A stretch of 64,000 nt of DNA from Thermoanaerobaculia bacterium (GTDB lineage: Bacteria > Acidobacteriota > Thermoanaerobaculia > UBA5066). The notes under the pieces were generated by a model that worked only from the letters and a program-made list of their open reading frames with translations, was not told the DNA's origin and did not search any database. The translations under genes were made by a program, and so were the position numbers. This document shows, one piece after another, positions 45,662-56,758 of the stretch. The stretch covers positions 64,001 through 128,000 of the forward strand of contig CAWFJJ010000025.1 of assembly GCA_963816185.1 (NCBI GenBank). Reading direction: 5' to 3'. Every line of letters starts with the position of its first letter. Position 1 is the first letter of the stretch.

Positions 45662-45961
45662 TCAACGAGCGCGGGGCCTTCTTCCATAACGATCGATGTC
45701 GTCGTGCTTGACGATGTCGACGAAGTAAACGGTCCCGCCTTCGACGTGGAAGATGATTCGATCGCCACTGCTGATTCGCGCTTCGAGGTAATACTTCTCC
45801 GGTTGGATCGGCTTGATCCTCAGGCCGGGCGAAGATTCCTGCTTGATGAGCGACATGGCCGCCTCGTCGCAGGACCGCCGCCTCTCCACGGTGAGCTCGG
45901 CGTATCTCTCCTGCCACCGAAGGGACCATTCGGTTCGAAGGAAGAGCTGCCGGTGGGCCAT
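45662..45961 (-). CDS. RelE/ParE-superfamily toxin-like protein
   Basis: 99 aa, PGLRIKPIQ..LEARISSGDRIIF..DIVKHD; overlaps the antitoxin stop. Confidence 0.65.
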   Translation of the reverse strand: MAHRQLFLRTEWSLRWQERYAELTVERRRSCDEAAMSLIKQESSPGLRIKPIQPEKYYLEARISSGDRIIFHVEGGTVYFVDIVKHDDIDRYGRRPRAR

Positions 45962-46278
45962 CAGAGGCGGCCCTTACGGCCCTTCCGTCGCCTCTTGAGG
46001 TTGTCGAGAAACGCCTGCGCTTCCTCGGGGGTTTCCGTTCTCGTCGAGCGGCCCTCGGCAAACTCCCGTTCTGCCTGCGCGATTCGGGCCTGCATCTCGG
46101 GGTGGTAGAACCAGAGCTGGTCCTTCGGCACGAGAGCGGCCGGGATGAGTTCGTACGTTCCGCGCTCGGTCCGCTCCAGGATGATGAAGTCACCTGCCTG
46201 GACACCGAGGGCCGTGCGGACATCTTCGGGCAAAGTCGCCCGTCCCTTCTTGTCCAGCGTGACGAATGCCGAGCTCAT
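45961..46278 (-). CDS. AbrB/MazE-like antitoxin
   Basis: VTLDKKGRATLPEDVRTALGVQAGD..PKDQLWFYHPEMQARIAQAE. Confidence 0.82.
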   Translation of the reverse strand: MSSAFVTLDKKGRATLPEDVRTALGVQAGDFIILERTERGTYELIPAALVPKDQLWFYHPEMQARIAQAEREFAEGRSTRTETPEEAQAFLDNLKRRRKGRKGRL

Positions 46279-46322
46279 TTGAGGCCTTCAGGGCCCTCAG
46301 GCCCACAGTGGGACTATACCAC

Positions 46323-49300
46323 TCAGTCGAACCGCACGCTGACGAGCTTCGACACTCCCGGCTCTTCCTGCGTCACGCCGTAGAGGGCCTGAGCGGTCTC
46401 CATCGTCCTCTTGTTGTGCGTGATGAGGACGAACTGCGTCTCCTCGGACAGCTCCACGAGGAGGGACGTGAAGCGGTCGATGTTCGCCTCGTCGAGCGGA
46501 GCGTCGACCTCGTCGAGGATGCAGAACGGCGAGGGCTTGTACTTGAAGATCGCGACGAGGAGCGCGATCGCCGTGAGCGCCTTCTCGCCGCCCGAGAGGA
46601 GGCCGATCGTCTGGTTCCGCTTGCCCGGCGGCTGCGCCATGATCTCGAGGCCCGAGTCCAGGGGGTCCCCCTCGTCGAGGAGATGCATCGAGGCGGTCCC
46701 CCCGTGGAAGAGGCGCTGAAAGACCTGGCCGAACCCGAAGTTGACGGCGGCGAAGGCCTCCTGGAAGCGCTCCGACGAAGTCGCATTGATCGTCCGGATG
46801 GTCTCGAGAATCTGCGCGAGCGATGCGTCGAGGTCGGCCTTCTGGGCCGAAAGCTCCTGGAGCCGTTTGCTCTCGACCTGGTATTCCTCGAGCGCCGCGC
46901 CATTGACGGGGCCGAGCCGCTCGAGCGCGAGGGAACGGGAGATGACGTCCTCGGAGAGCGCGGCCTCGAGCGCGTCAGGAGCGAGGGCTTCCTGCTCCTC
47001 GGTCCTCTCGAAGGCGGGTAGCTCGCCCGGCAGGCAGCCGAACTCGGTCCGGCACTGCTCGACGAGGTGATCCTGGTCGGCCTTGTGGCGCTCGAGGGCG
47101 AGCTCGGCCTCGAAGCGAGCTCGCCGCACGACGTCGAGGGCCTCGCGCGCGGCCGCGGCCTGCGCCTCGGCGACGGCGCGTGCCTCGCGCCGTGACGTCG
47201 CTGCCTCGTCGGTCTCGGTGCGACGCCGGTCGGCCTCGGCGGCGGCGATCGCGGCCGCCCCCTGTGCCGCCCGCGCGGTTTCTCCGGCTGCGAGGGCCTG
47301 TACGCGCCGGCGTCCGATCTCGACGAGCGCATCGGCCATCTCGGCGACACGGCGCGCCGCGTCGCGGGCGCGCTCCTCGGCCGCCGCGGAGGTATCGGCG
47401 AGGGAGCGGGAGCGCTCGATGAGGACGTCGCGCCCGTTGCGCGCGGCGGCATCGGCCTCGGCGGCCGTGAGCCGCGCGGTACGCGCGGCGTCGAGGGCCG
47501 TTTCCAGCTCCGAGAGCGTGCGTTCCACGGTCGCCATCTCCGATTGCCGCTGCGCCGCGAGGTGCGCTGCCTCGACCCGGCTCTCTCCGGCCTTCGCGAG
47601 GTCCTGGCGAAGCGCACCGCCCTCGTCGGCGAGGACGCGCAGCTCCTGAACGGCACGCTCTTCTTCCGTGTGCGCGGCCACGCTCCTTGCCTCGGCTTCG
47701 GAATGCGCGCGCTCGGCGGCGCCTTTGGCGGCGAGAGCGGCGTCGAGCGTCGCGGCGAACGTTCCGACCCGCTCGGCGAGAGATCCGATGTCGGCATCCG
47801 TCGACGCCAGGCTCGCCACGACGCGTGTCCTTTCCGCGGCGAGATCCACGAGGTCGCGCCGGACCGTAAAGAGGCCCTCTCCGGGGACCTCCGTGCCGGC
47901 GGCTTCGACCACCGCGCCACGAACGACGACGCCGTCCTTCGTCACGAGCGTGCGCTCGGGGTGCAGCGCCGCGAGCGCAAGCGCGTCGTCCACGTTCGCG
48001 ACCACGACGGCGTCGGGCAGCGCGGACGTCGGTGCTCCCGCGGATTTCGCGGTGAGGAGCTCGCGCGCGATCCCGAGAACCCGCGGATCCTTCGGCTTCA
48101 GAGGGAACGGAGTCTCTGGAAGCGGGTGGACGAAGCGCGCCGCGCCGAGCCTTTTCTCACGCACGGAGGCGAGGGCGGCGTCGAGCGCGGCGCGGGTCTC
48201 GAGGACGGGCGCCTCGAGGGCGGACCCGAGGGCGGCATCCAGGGCTTTTTCGAAGCCGGGCGCGGCGTCGAAGTGGTCGGCGAGGACCCCCTTCGGCGAG
48301 ATTCTCGCGGCCTCGAGCGCGCGGCGCGCGGACTCGCCGCCGCCCTCGCGCGCGGCGAGCGTCGTCTCGAGCGCGGCGGCACGGACGTCCACGGCATGGA
48401 GCGCCGAGACATGGGCTTCGCGTACGGCTTTGAGCGTCGCGAGCTGGTCCTCGGCGGCCCGCCGGCCGTGGCTGGCGTCCTCGAGATGCCGTCGCGACGC
48501 GTCGAGGCCGGAAGAGGCAGCGGCGAGAAGCGCACCGGCTTCGGCAGAGGCCGTCCGGCGCTCGTCCACGAACGATGCGGCCCGCGCCTGGCGCTCGTCG
48601 AGCTTGGCGAGCGCGAAGGCGAGACGGTCGACGAGCAGGGCGGCATCGCGCTCGCGGTTCGTCGCCTCGGCAGAGCGAGCCCCGGCGGTCAGAAGGTCGC
48701 GCCGCGACCCCTCCCGGCGCGCCGCCACCTCGGCTTCGCGGGCCGATACCGCTGCCAGCGCGCCGGCCGCAGTCGCGGCGGCCGCGGCAGCCTCGGTGAG
48801 CGCCGCTTCCGCCTCTTCGCGGGCCGTTACGGTTCGGCCGGCCTCCTCGACGAAACGGCTGTAGTCGGATTCCGATTCCCGGCGCTGCGCCTCGAGCAGC
48901 TCCTGGCGAGCGGCCGTTTCCTCGGCCTCGCGCGCAGCCGCCGCGACGGCGGCCTCGGCGGCCAGGAGGTTCTCTCTCGCGCTCGCGAGCGCGTCGCCCG
49001 CCTCGCGGATTGCGCGCTCGTCCTCGTCGGCGACGCGGCGCGCTTCCGTGACCTCGGCCTCGAGCCGGGCGAGGTCCGCGAGCGATACGGCCTCGGCGTC
49101 GGTCGCCGCCTCGAGGGCCGACCGGCCAGAGGCGAATCCGGCTTCCAGGCGGTCGGCGCGCAGACTGGCGAGCTTCTTCTTCTGCCCCGAGAGGAGATCG
49201 GCCTGCTCTTTCCAACGCGCGGCGCGCGACGCTTGTCGTTTCAACGAAGCGCACGTGCGCTCGATCTCCGAGACGATGTCCGTGAGGCGCAGGAGATTTC

Positions 49301-49862
49301 CGCGCGTCTCCTCGAGCTTCACCTCGGCCTGGCGCTTGCGGATCTTGTATTTCGAGACGCCTGCGGCCTCCTCGATGAGACGGCGGCGATCCTGCGGCTT
49401 CGTCGAGAGGATCAAGTCGATCTTCTGCTGTTCGATGATCGAATACGCGCGCACGCCGAGACCGGTGCCGAGGAGGATCTCCTGCACGTCCTTGAGGCGC
49501 GACCTCTTTCCGTTGAGGATGTAGTCGCTCTCGCCGTCGCGCGTGACGCGCCGCGTGATCACGACTTCGCCGCCCGTCTCGGCCCACTGCTCACCGGTGC
49601 GCGACTCGAGCGTGAGAGCGACCTCCGCCATGCCGAGCGGTCGCCGGCGCGCGGCTCCGTTGAAGATGACGTCCTCCATCGTCGTGCCGCGCAGGCTCTT
49701 CGCCGATTGCTCGCCGAGGACCCATTGGACGGCATCGCAGATGTTGGATTTGCCGGACCCGTTCGGACCGACGATCGCCGTGATGCGCGTCGGAAGGGTG
49801 ACGGAGGTGCGATCCACGAAGGACTTGAAGCCCTGGATTTCGAGTCTCTTCAGTCGGAACAT
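46323..49862 (-). CDS. smc: Chromosome segregation protein SMC
   Basis: GFKSF, GPNGSGKSN, coiled coils, hinge, LLSGGEKAL, ILDEVDAPLD, ITHNK. Confidence 0.96.
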   Translation of the reverse strand: MFRLKRLEIQGFKSFVDRTSVTLPTRITAIVGPNGSGKSNICDAVQWVLGEQSAKSLRGTTMEDVIFNGAARRRPLGMAEVALTLESRTGEQWAETGGEVVITRRVTRDGESDYILNGKRSRLKDVQEILLGTGLGVRAYSIIEQQKIDLILSTKPQDRRRLIEEAAGVSKYKIRKRQAEVKLEETRGNLLRLTDIVSEIERTCASLKRQASRAARWKEQADLLSGQKKKLASLRADRLEAGFASGRSALEAATDAEAVSLADLARLEAEVTEARRVADEDERAIREAGDALASARENLLAAEAAVAAAAREAEETAARQELLEAQRRESESDYSRFVEEAGRTVTAREEAEAALTEAAAAAATAAGALAAVSAREAEVAARREGSRRDLLTAGARSAEATNRERDAALLVDRLAFALAKLDERQARAASFVDERRTASAEAGALLAAASSGLDASRRHLEDASHGRRAAEDQLATLKAVREAHVSALHAVDVRAAALETTLAAREGGGESARRALEAARISPKGVLADHFDAAPGFEKALDAALGSALEAPVLETRAALDAALASVREKRLGAARFVHPLPETPFPLKPKDPRVLGIARELLTAKSAGAPTSALPDAVVVANVDDALALAALHPERTLVTKDGVVVRGAVVEAAGTEVPGEGLFTVRRDLVDLAAERTRVVASLASTDADIGSLAERVGTFAATLDAALAAKGAAERAHSEAEARSVAAHTEEERAVQELRVLADEGGALRQDLAKAGESRVEAAHLAAQRQSEMATVERTLSELETALDAARTARLTAAEADAAARNGRDVLIERSRSLADTSAAAEERARDAARRVAEMADALVEIGRRRVQALAAGETARAAQGAAAIAAAEADRRRTETDEAATSRREARAVAEAQAAAAREALDVVRRARFEAELALERHKADQDHLVEQCRTEFGCLPGELPAFERTEEQEALAPDALEAALSEDVISRSLALERLGPVNGAALEEYQVESKRLQELSAQKADLDASLAQILETIRTINATSSERFQEAFAAVNFGFGQVFQRLFHGGTASMHLLDEGDPLDSGLEIMAQPPGKRNQTIGLLSGGEKALTAIALLVAIFKYKPSPFCILDEVDAPLDEANIDRFTSLLVELSEETQFVLITHNKRTMETAQALYGVTQEEPGVSKLVSVRFD

Positions 49863-49881
49863 CAGGCCAAAGAGCCTACCA

Positions 49882-50868
49882 CTACATTTTGAGGTGTCGC
49901 CGGCCCGGAGACTCAACCGGCTGGGGTTTCACGGCAGATCGCGGCGCCGCATCGAGGGCCTTCAGAAGCCCCGACCGCGACCCGACGCCGAGCTTCGAGA
50001 AGACGTGCTTGAGGTGATCCTTGACCGTCCACTCGGTGATGAAGAGGCGGCGCGCGATTTCCGCGTTGCGAAGTCCTTCGAGCACCGCGCCCACGACGTC
50101 GGCCTCGCGGCCCGAGACGCCGCGCGTCGCAAGTCTTTCCCGCACGTCCTCGAGGGAGAGCGCCGACTGGACCTTCAGCGTGAGAACCGCAACGTCGTCC
50201 TCCTCCTCGTCGGCGAAGCGCGCGACCGAGGCTTCGAGCGCCCGGCCGTCCGCGAGGACGGCGCACCACTTTTCGCCTGCGGCGGCGCCCGCCCCGAGGC
50301 GTGCGATCCAGGTCGCGAGCGTAGTCTCGCGCCCGTCTCTCGGGACGACGACGACCGGGCTGCGGGCCGAGAGCAGCGATGCGGCGGCGTGGTTCGCGTA
50401 GAGCACGGAGCCCGACGGCCGCACGAGAAGGATCGGCGTGGACGCGGCCTCGGCCGCGCTCTCCAGCCGCCGCCGGGCCGCCGCGTGGATCTCGGCGGCG
50501 GCCGCGCTCTCGAGGAGCTGGGCGAGAAGCGGGCGGAAGACCTCGAAGCGTAGAACCTCCGGCTCCGTCCACGGCCTCCGTGGCCCGCGCAACAGCGTGA
50601 GCGTCCCTCGAAGAAGGCCCGCAAGGTGAAATTCCACCGCGAGGGGCTCCGCCGGCGTGGGATACCGCCTGACCGGGCGTACGGTGCCCGCGGTGAAGAC
50701 GCGGCTGCGGAGCGCCCGCCAGCGGAAGCGCTGGCCGGAAGGCTCGAAGAGATACTCCATCTCGACCGAATCCGGATCGAGGACCGAACGCACGGTGCCG
50801 ACGATTCGTGTCAGCGCCGTCGCGTGGCGCCCCCGGAAGGGCGGCCCGTCGAGCGGGGAAACCGGCAT
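49882..50868 (-). CDS. LuxR-family regulator with a PAS-like domain
   Basis: PILLVRPSGSVLYANHAA; C-terminal SGREADV..GLRNAEIARRLFITEWTVKDHLKHVFSKLGV. Confidence 0.87.
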   Translation of the reverse strand: MPVSPLDGPPFRGRHATALTRIVGTVRSVLDPDSVEMEYLFEPSGQRFRWRALRSRVFTAGTVRPVRRYPTPAEPLAVEFHLAGLLRGTLTLLRGPRRPWTEPEVLRFEVFRPLLAQLLESAAAAEIHAAARRRLESAAEAASTPILLVRPSGSVLYANHAAASLLSARSPVVVVPRDGRETTLATWIARLGAGAAAGEKWCAVLADGRALEASVARFADEEEDDVAVLTLKVQSALSLEDVRERLATRGVSGREADVVGAVLEGLRNAEIARRLFITEWTVKDHLKHVFSKLGVGSRSGLLKALDAAPRSAVKPQPVESPGRRHLKM

Positions 50869-51022
50869 GTGTGGCCCTCGGCCCTCCCGCTGAATTCTAT
50901 GCGCCCTGCGGCCGGCGGCCGCCGTTCGTTCAATTTGTGACGACGATGGGCGGACACCCCCGGGCCGTGGTAGGCTCGCGTCTGTACAGGAAACCGTCTC
51001 CCAACGGCGGAGGATCCGTTTC

Positions 51023-52939
51023 ATGTTGAGCTTTGAAGTCCGCAAAACGGGCGGCGAATCGGAAGTTCGCAAGGTCCATCGGGATGTCATTCACATTGGC
51101 GCTTCGACGGGCAATGATCTCGTTGTGCGCGCTCGTGGCGTGCTCGGGAGGCACGCCCGGATCTCCGTGGCGGGAGAGGAGCTGCGGCTCGAGGTGCTCG
51201 GGAGCGCGCCGGGCTCCGACGTGACCTTGAACGGCTCGATCGTCAAGACCGCCGCACTCGCCGCGGGGGACCGGATCGCCATCGGCGAGGCCACGATCAC
51301 GCTCCTCAACGGCCCGGCCCCGAATCCGAACCGGATCGCGGCTCCTCCGCCTCGCGGACGCGACGCTCTCTCCCTCGCGACGGCGGCGCTCTCGCCCCTC
51401 CCGCCGGCTCCTGCCCCTTCTCCGGCAAACGCGCCGGCCGCGGTCGCGGTACGGGCAGCCACGGTACCGGGCGGACGCGTCGCCGCGGCTCCGATCGAAG
51501 TGCCGAACCGGGCGGAGGAGCGGTCTCCGAGAGATCCCTGGCCAGGATTCTTCGAGCGACTCCATCGGCCGGTCCCCTTCGAAGAGCTGCTTCAGGAAGT
51601 CACGGCCTACATCGCGTCGGTCACGCCCGTGCACAGCCTCGCGTTCGTGTCCCTGCTCCCTCCGAACGAAGGGGAGGCGATCGCAGCGCTCTGGAAGGGA
51701 ACGCTTCCGCGCCTCTCGGCCAGAAGCCTCGCGGAGGCGCGCGAGAAAGGCGGGTCGTGGGAGATCTTCGAATCGGGCTCCCGGCTCCGCCTGTTCCCCG
51801 TTCCGCGGCCGGGGGGCGAGAGCGTCGGCCTCCTGCTCGTTCCCTCCGAGACCGTCTCCGATCCGGCGCTCCTCGATTTCGTCGCGCATGCGGCGGCCGT
51901 CGTCGGCTTTGTGCACGGCGAGAGGAGCGAGGCGGCCTTCGGCGAACGCGGCGCCTCGCAACCTCCCCCTCCGTTCGCGGTCCCGCTGGAGGATCCGCTC
52001 GCGCTCCTCGTCGGCGGCTCTCTGCCGCTGTCGAATCTCAAGGCGTCGCTGTCGCGCGTGGCGGCGGCGCGCGCGCCGATTCTCCTCGTGGGGGACGTCG
52101 GCAGCGGAAAGACGCTCGTGGCCGAAACGCTCCACGCTCTCTCGCCACGGCGCTCACGCCCGCTCGTGCGCGTCTCGGCAACCGCCGCGAGCCCCCAGGC
52201 TCTCGAGGAAGATCTCCTCGGGGCTCCTGCCGCGGGCGACCGCCGGCGCCGTCCGGGCCGGCTCTTCGAGGCGGATGGAGGCACTCTTCTCGTCGAAGAA
52301 GTGGGCGACCTGCCTTCCCCGACGCAGGCGCTGCTCTTCCGCCTTCTCGAAGCCCGCGAGGTGACGGCTCCGGGCGGACGGACCGTACCGGTCGACGTGC
52401 GCGTGATCGGCACGACCTCGCGGCCTCTCACGCGTGCGGTCGAGGACGGCGCCTTCCGCGACGATCTCTACTTCCGGCTCTCGGCTCTCACGCTGCGGCT
52501 GCCGCCGCTGAAGGATCGCAAGGAAGACATCCCGGCTCTCCTCGATGCGCTCGCGGCACGGCATGGCGGCCCGGCGGCGGAGCACTTCGACGTCGAGGCG
52601 ATGAACGCGCTTCTCAACTATCAGTATCCCGGCAACGTGCGCGAGCTCGAGAACGAGGTGCGTCGTCTCGCGGCTCAGGTCGGGCCCGGCGCCATCACGC
52701 TCGCGGACCTCGACCAGAAGTTCTCGGGCGAGCACGTCGAGCTCGCGCTCAAGGAAAGCGACGACCTCAAGGAGATCGTCGAGAAGGTCGAGCGCCAGGT
52801 CATCGAGCGCGTCATGCGCAAGGTACGCGGGAACCAGTCTCTCGGCGCACGGCTGTTGAACATCTCGCGGGGCAGTCTCATCGCGAAGATGAAGGAGTAC
52901 GACATAAAGGACTTCCGGTACCTCAAGCGCGGAGACTAG
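51023..52939 (+). CDS. FHA-like + NtrC-like AAA+ + Fis-HTH regulator (degenerate motifs)
   Basis: GDVGSGKT, ADGGTLLVEEVGDLP, VDVRVI, FRDDLYFRL, YPGNVRELEN, GNQSLGARLLNISR; no GAFTGA. Confidence 0.87.
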   Translation: MLSFEVRKTGGESEVRKVHRDVIHIGASTGNDLVVRARGVLGRHARISVAGEELRLEVLGSAPGSDVTLNGSIVKTAALAAGDRIAIGEATITLLNGPAPNPNRIAAPPPRGRDALSLATAALSPLPPAPAPSPANAPAAVAVRAATVPGGRVAAAPIEVPNRAEERSPRDPWPGFFERLHRPVPFEELLQEVTAYIASVTPVHSLAFVSLLPPNEGEAIAALWKGTLPRLSARSLAEAREKGGSWEIFESGSRLRLFPVPRPGGESVGLLLVPSETVSDPALLDFVAHAAAVVGFVHGERSEAAFGERGASQPPPPFAVPLEDPLALLVGGSLPLSNLKASLSRVAAARAPILLVGDVGSGKTLVAETLHALSPRRSRPLVRVSATAASPQALEEDLLGAPAAGDRRRRPGRLFEADGGTLLVEEVGDLPSPTQALLFRLLEAREVTAPGGRTVPVDVRVIGTTSRPLTRAVEDGAFRDDLYFRLSALTLRLPPLKDRKEDIPALLDALAARHGGPAAEHFDVEAMNALLNYQYPGNVRELENEVRRLAAQVGPGAITLADLDQKFSGEHVELALKESDDLKEIVEKVERQVIERVMRKVRGNQSLGARLLNISRGSLIAKMKEYDIKDFRYLKRGD

Positions 52940-53123
52940 ACGCGCTCGTCGCGGGAGCGCTTCCTCTCGAATTGGTCCGTGTCGCCCTGCTCTTCAGGAA
53001 ATGCTCGAAGTCCGAGCGCACGACGCGCGATGAACCAGGAGAGAGTTGACTTTCGTTCGTTGCACGATAGGCTCAGCCCCTCAAGGCGAGCGACAAGAGC
53101 GAACAAGCGAGTTTGGAGGCTGT

Positions 53124-56100
53124 ATGGTCCGCACCTTCGGCCCGTTGCTCTCGTGGTCTTCGTGGCCGTGGTCGTTGCTCTCCTCCTTCCGACGGCCGCG
53201 GCGACCGCCCAGGCCTCAGATCCAGTCATCGGCAAACCTGTCTCACCTGTCGTTTCTCCTCCGCTCCGCGAGATTCCGCCGATTCAAACGACACGGGACC
53301 CTGGCAAGCCCCGGGACGCCAAGCGGCTCCCGTTCCGAGGAGCTCTACCGGGTGCCGCCCCGGCCCGGCAGGCGGACGGGGCGCTCCAGCTGGCCCCGGG
53401 AGTAAGCCAGCCGAACACAACGGGCATCAACTTCCAAGGCCTGGCTGCAAACGGCTCCGCCCCGCCCGATTCCGACGGCAAGGTCGGCCCGAATCATTTC
53501 GTCGAGTGGATCAACACCAACTTCGCCATTTACGACAAGGCCGGGACCCTTCTCTACGGGCCGGCCGCGGGCAACACTCTCTTCACGAGCATGGGCGGAG
53601 CGTGCGCGGCCTTCAACGACGGCGACCCCGTCGCCCAGTACGACACGCTGGCCGACCGGTGGATCCTCACCCAGTTCGTCGTCGGCGCTCCGGCTCCGGC
53701 CTTCTCCCATCAGTGCGTGGCCGTGTCGAAGACCGGGGATCCGCTCGGGGCTTACTACCTCTACGACTTCCCGACCGACGCAACCAACTTCGTGGACTAC
53801 CCGAAGTGGACGACCTGGACCGACGCGTACTACATGACGGCCCACCTTTTCAATGCGGCGGGCACGGTCTTTCTAGGGGCGCCGCTTTACTCCTTCGACC
53901 GCGCGAGCATGCTGGCGGGGCTCCCGGCCGCCTTCCAGTCGGTGAACCTCGAACCGATTGGAGGCATATTCGGCGAACTCGTGGCCGATCTCGACGGCCT
54001 TACGCCGCCGCCACCCGGCTCGCCCGCCTACGTCTTCGCTCCCGCCTCGCCGGAATTCGATGGAACGGCCACGCCGGGTCTCCACTTCTGGACCGTGGCC
54101 TCGACCTGGGGCGGCTCGCCGACGATGACCGTGACCGCGAAACCCGACATCACGACCGCTGCGTTCAACACGAATCTCTGCGGGTTCAGCCCCAACTGCA
54201 TTCCCCAGCTCGGAACGACAACGACCCTCGACTCCATTACCGGCCGGCTCATGTTCCGGGCCGTCTATCGCACCGTCGGCGGCATCGAGTCGATTCTCCT
54301 GTCCCACACCGTCAATGCGCTCGTTCCACCGGCAAACCAGGCGGCAGTCCGGTGGTACGAGATCCGGACTCCGGGGACGACCCCGACCGTCTTCCAGCAG
54401 GGAACCTACGCCCCTACCACGGCGAATCGCTGGGTCTCGAGCATCGCCATGGACGAGGGAGGCAACATCGCGCTCGGCTACAGCATTTCTGACGCCACGA
54501 TGTTTCCCTCGATCAACGTCACCGGCCGCCTTACCTCCGACCCTCTGGGCACTCTGGGCAGCGAGATCAGCATGTTCGCCGGCCTCGGGAGCCAAACGGG
54601 CGGCCTCAACCGGTGGGGCGACTACACCCTGATGTCCGTCGACCCCCGCGACGGGTGTTCGTTCTGGTACATCAACCAGTACCAGCCTGCGAGCGGGTCG
54701 TTCAACTGGGCGACGCGCATCGCGTCGTTCCGCTTTCCCGCCTGCGTGGCGCCCCTACGCGGGACGATCACCGGCTTCGTGAACGATGGGCTCGGAAACC
54801 CGATCGCGAACGCCGTAGTTGACGTCGACGCCGGGTTCTCGGGAGCCACGGACGCGACCGGCCGCTACACCATCGTTCTCCCGCCCGGCTCCTACAACGT
54901 GATTGCCACCGATCCGGCTTCCAGCTGCACGCCGTCGGCTTCCTTCCCGGCAACGGTCACGAACGGCGCGACGACCACCCAGAACTTCGCCCTGACGGGA
55001 GCCGCGAGCCTCGCGGTCAAGAGCACATTCATCGACGACAGTTCGGGAAACGGCAACGGCATCATCAACCGCGACGAGTGCTTCAAACTCAACGTCGATC
55101 TCACGAACGCCGGATGTTCCGGCGCGAGCGGGACTCGGCCTCCGTCACGACGTCGACGCCGGGCGTCGAGATCCTCGGCGGCACATCCTCCTACCCGAAC
55201 ATCGCCCGCGCCGCCGACGCGTTCGGCGCGACGCCCTTCTCCTTGGCCACGACGGCGGCTTTCGTCTGCGGCACCGACATCGCCCTGACGCTGACGGTCA
55301 CCTCGTCGGCCGGCAGCCAGATTTCGGCGCTGACCCTCCCGACCTGCACGGCCACGGCGCCGCTCGTCATCAACAGCAGCGTGCCGATCACGAACCCTGA
55401 CGAGGCGGGCCGGCTCGGGCGAAACGGAATTCGCAACCTGCGCCGGCAAGGCCTGCCTCGGGGACTTCGCCGCCGGAGCCGCCCGGAAGTACGACGCGCA
55501 GACCATTTTGAATGCGGCGCCGACGAGCCGCTGCATCACGATCACGGCGACCACGTCCGGCTGCAGCGGGACTGGAGCGCAGATCACGCCGGCAGCCTAC
55601 AGTCCGACGTTCAACCCAGCCAACCTCTGCACGAACTACATCGGAGACGGCGGTGGCAGCCCAACACCGGGCCCCGTGACGTTCAGCGTGGATCTTCCGG
55701 CGGGTCAGCCCCTCGTTGTCGTAATGCAGGCCGCCAACGGCACCCCGACTTTCACCGGCTGCGGCTCGTATACCCTCAGTATCACCGGCCTCATCGACGA
55801 CTCCGATGGCGGGCGGCCCGTGGCGACGGCCTCGGGCGGCGGCACGATCTGTCTCGGTGGTCCGTCGGCCTGACGGGCTCCGGCGGCACGTCCTGCGTCT
55901 GGACGCCGACAACCGGTCTCGACAACCCGAACAGCTGCACGCCTGTGGCGTCTCCGACGGTGACGACCGCGTACTCGGTTGTCGTCGCGAACGCGAGCGG
56001 CTGTGTCAGCGACGCGAGCGCGCCTGCAACTGTCACGGTCAACCCGACCCCGGCCTCCCCCGTCCTCACGGCTCCTGCAACGGTGGGCGCGGGATCGCCG

Positions 56101-56717
56101 AACCGGATCGCAAGCACTCCGGCAATCGTCGGAGCCACCGCGTGGGGTTGATCGGCGGAGCTGTTTACGCCTGGACGATCACGAACGGGACGATCACGGG
56201 AGGCCAGGGGACGAACCAGATCACGTTCACCGCCGGAACAGCGGGTACGCCGCTCACGCTCAGCGTGAACGCCACCGTCGGGCTCTGTCCTTTCGGCGGC
56301 GGAAACGCAACCCTCACCGTGGCACCGGCGGGCTCCGCGGTTCAGTTCTACACCCTGCCGCCCTGCCGCGTCGTCGATACGCGGAACCCGAACGGGCCGC
56401 TCGGCGGTCCTGCGCTCGCGCCTTCGGGCTCGGTTCGCAGGTTCATGCTCACGGGTACGTGCGGGATTCCGGCGGGGGCGACGTCCATCTCCGCGAACGT
56501 GACAGTCGTGAGCCCCTCCGCCAGCGGATTCCTTGCGATCTATCGGGGCGACGGAGCGCTCACGGGAACGAGCGTGATCAGCTTCGACGCGGGGAGGACC
56601 CGTGCGAACAACGCCATCCTGGGGCTCGCGCTCGATGGCTCGGGCACGGTCAACGTGAGCAACTCCGCCGCAGGGACAGTGGATTTCCTGCTGGACGTGA
56701 ACGGCTACTTCCAGTAG
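53124..56717 (+). CDS. Large secreted multidomain protein (frameshifted as assembled)
   Basis: GGAGG RBS; signal-like stretch; PPDSDGKVGPNH, DYPK, RWGDY, carboxypeptidase-regulatory-like domain, Ig-like modules; C-terminal FYTLPPCRVVDTR..RANNA..LDVNGYFQ; several frame switches 55140-56150. Confidence 0.75.
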
Positions 56718-56758
56718 TCGCGGCGTCGAGACGGCCGGAGTCCCGCTAGACTCCGGCC

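Noticed and set aside
46323-49862. SMC as a Wadjet/MksB-type defence ATPase
   Set aside because: Canonical housekeeping SMC with hinge; no jetABD/mksEFG neighbours
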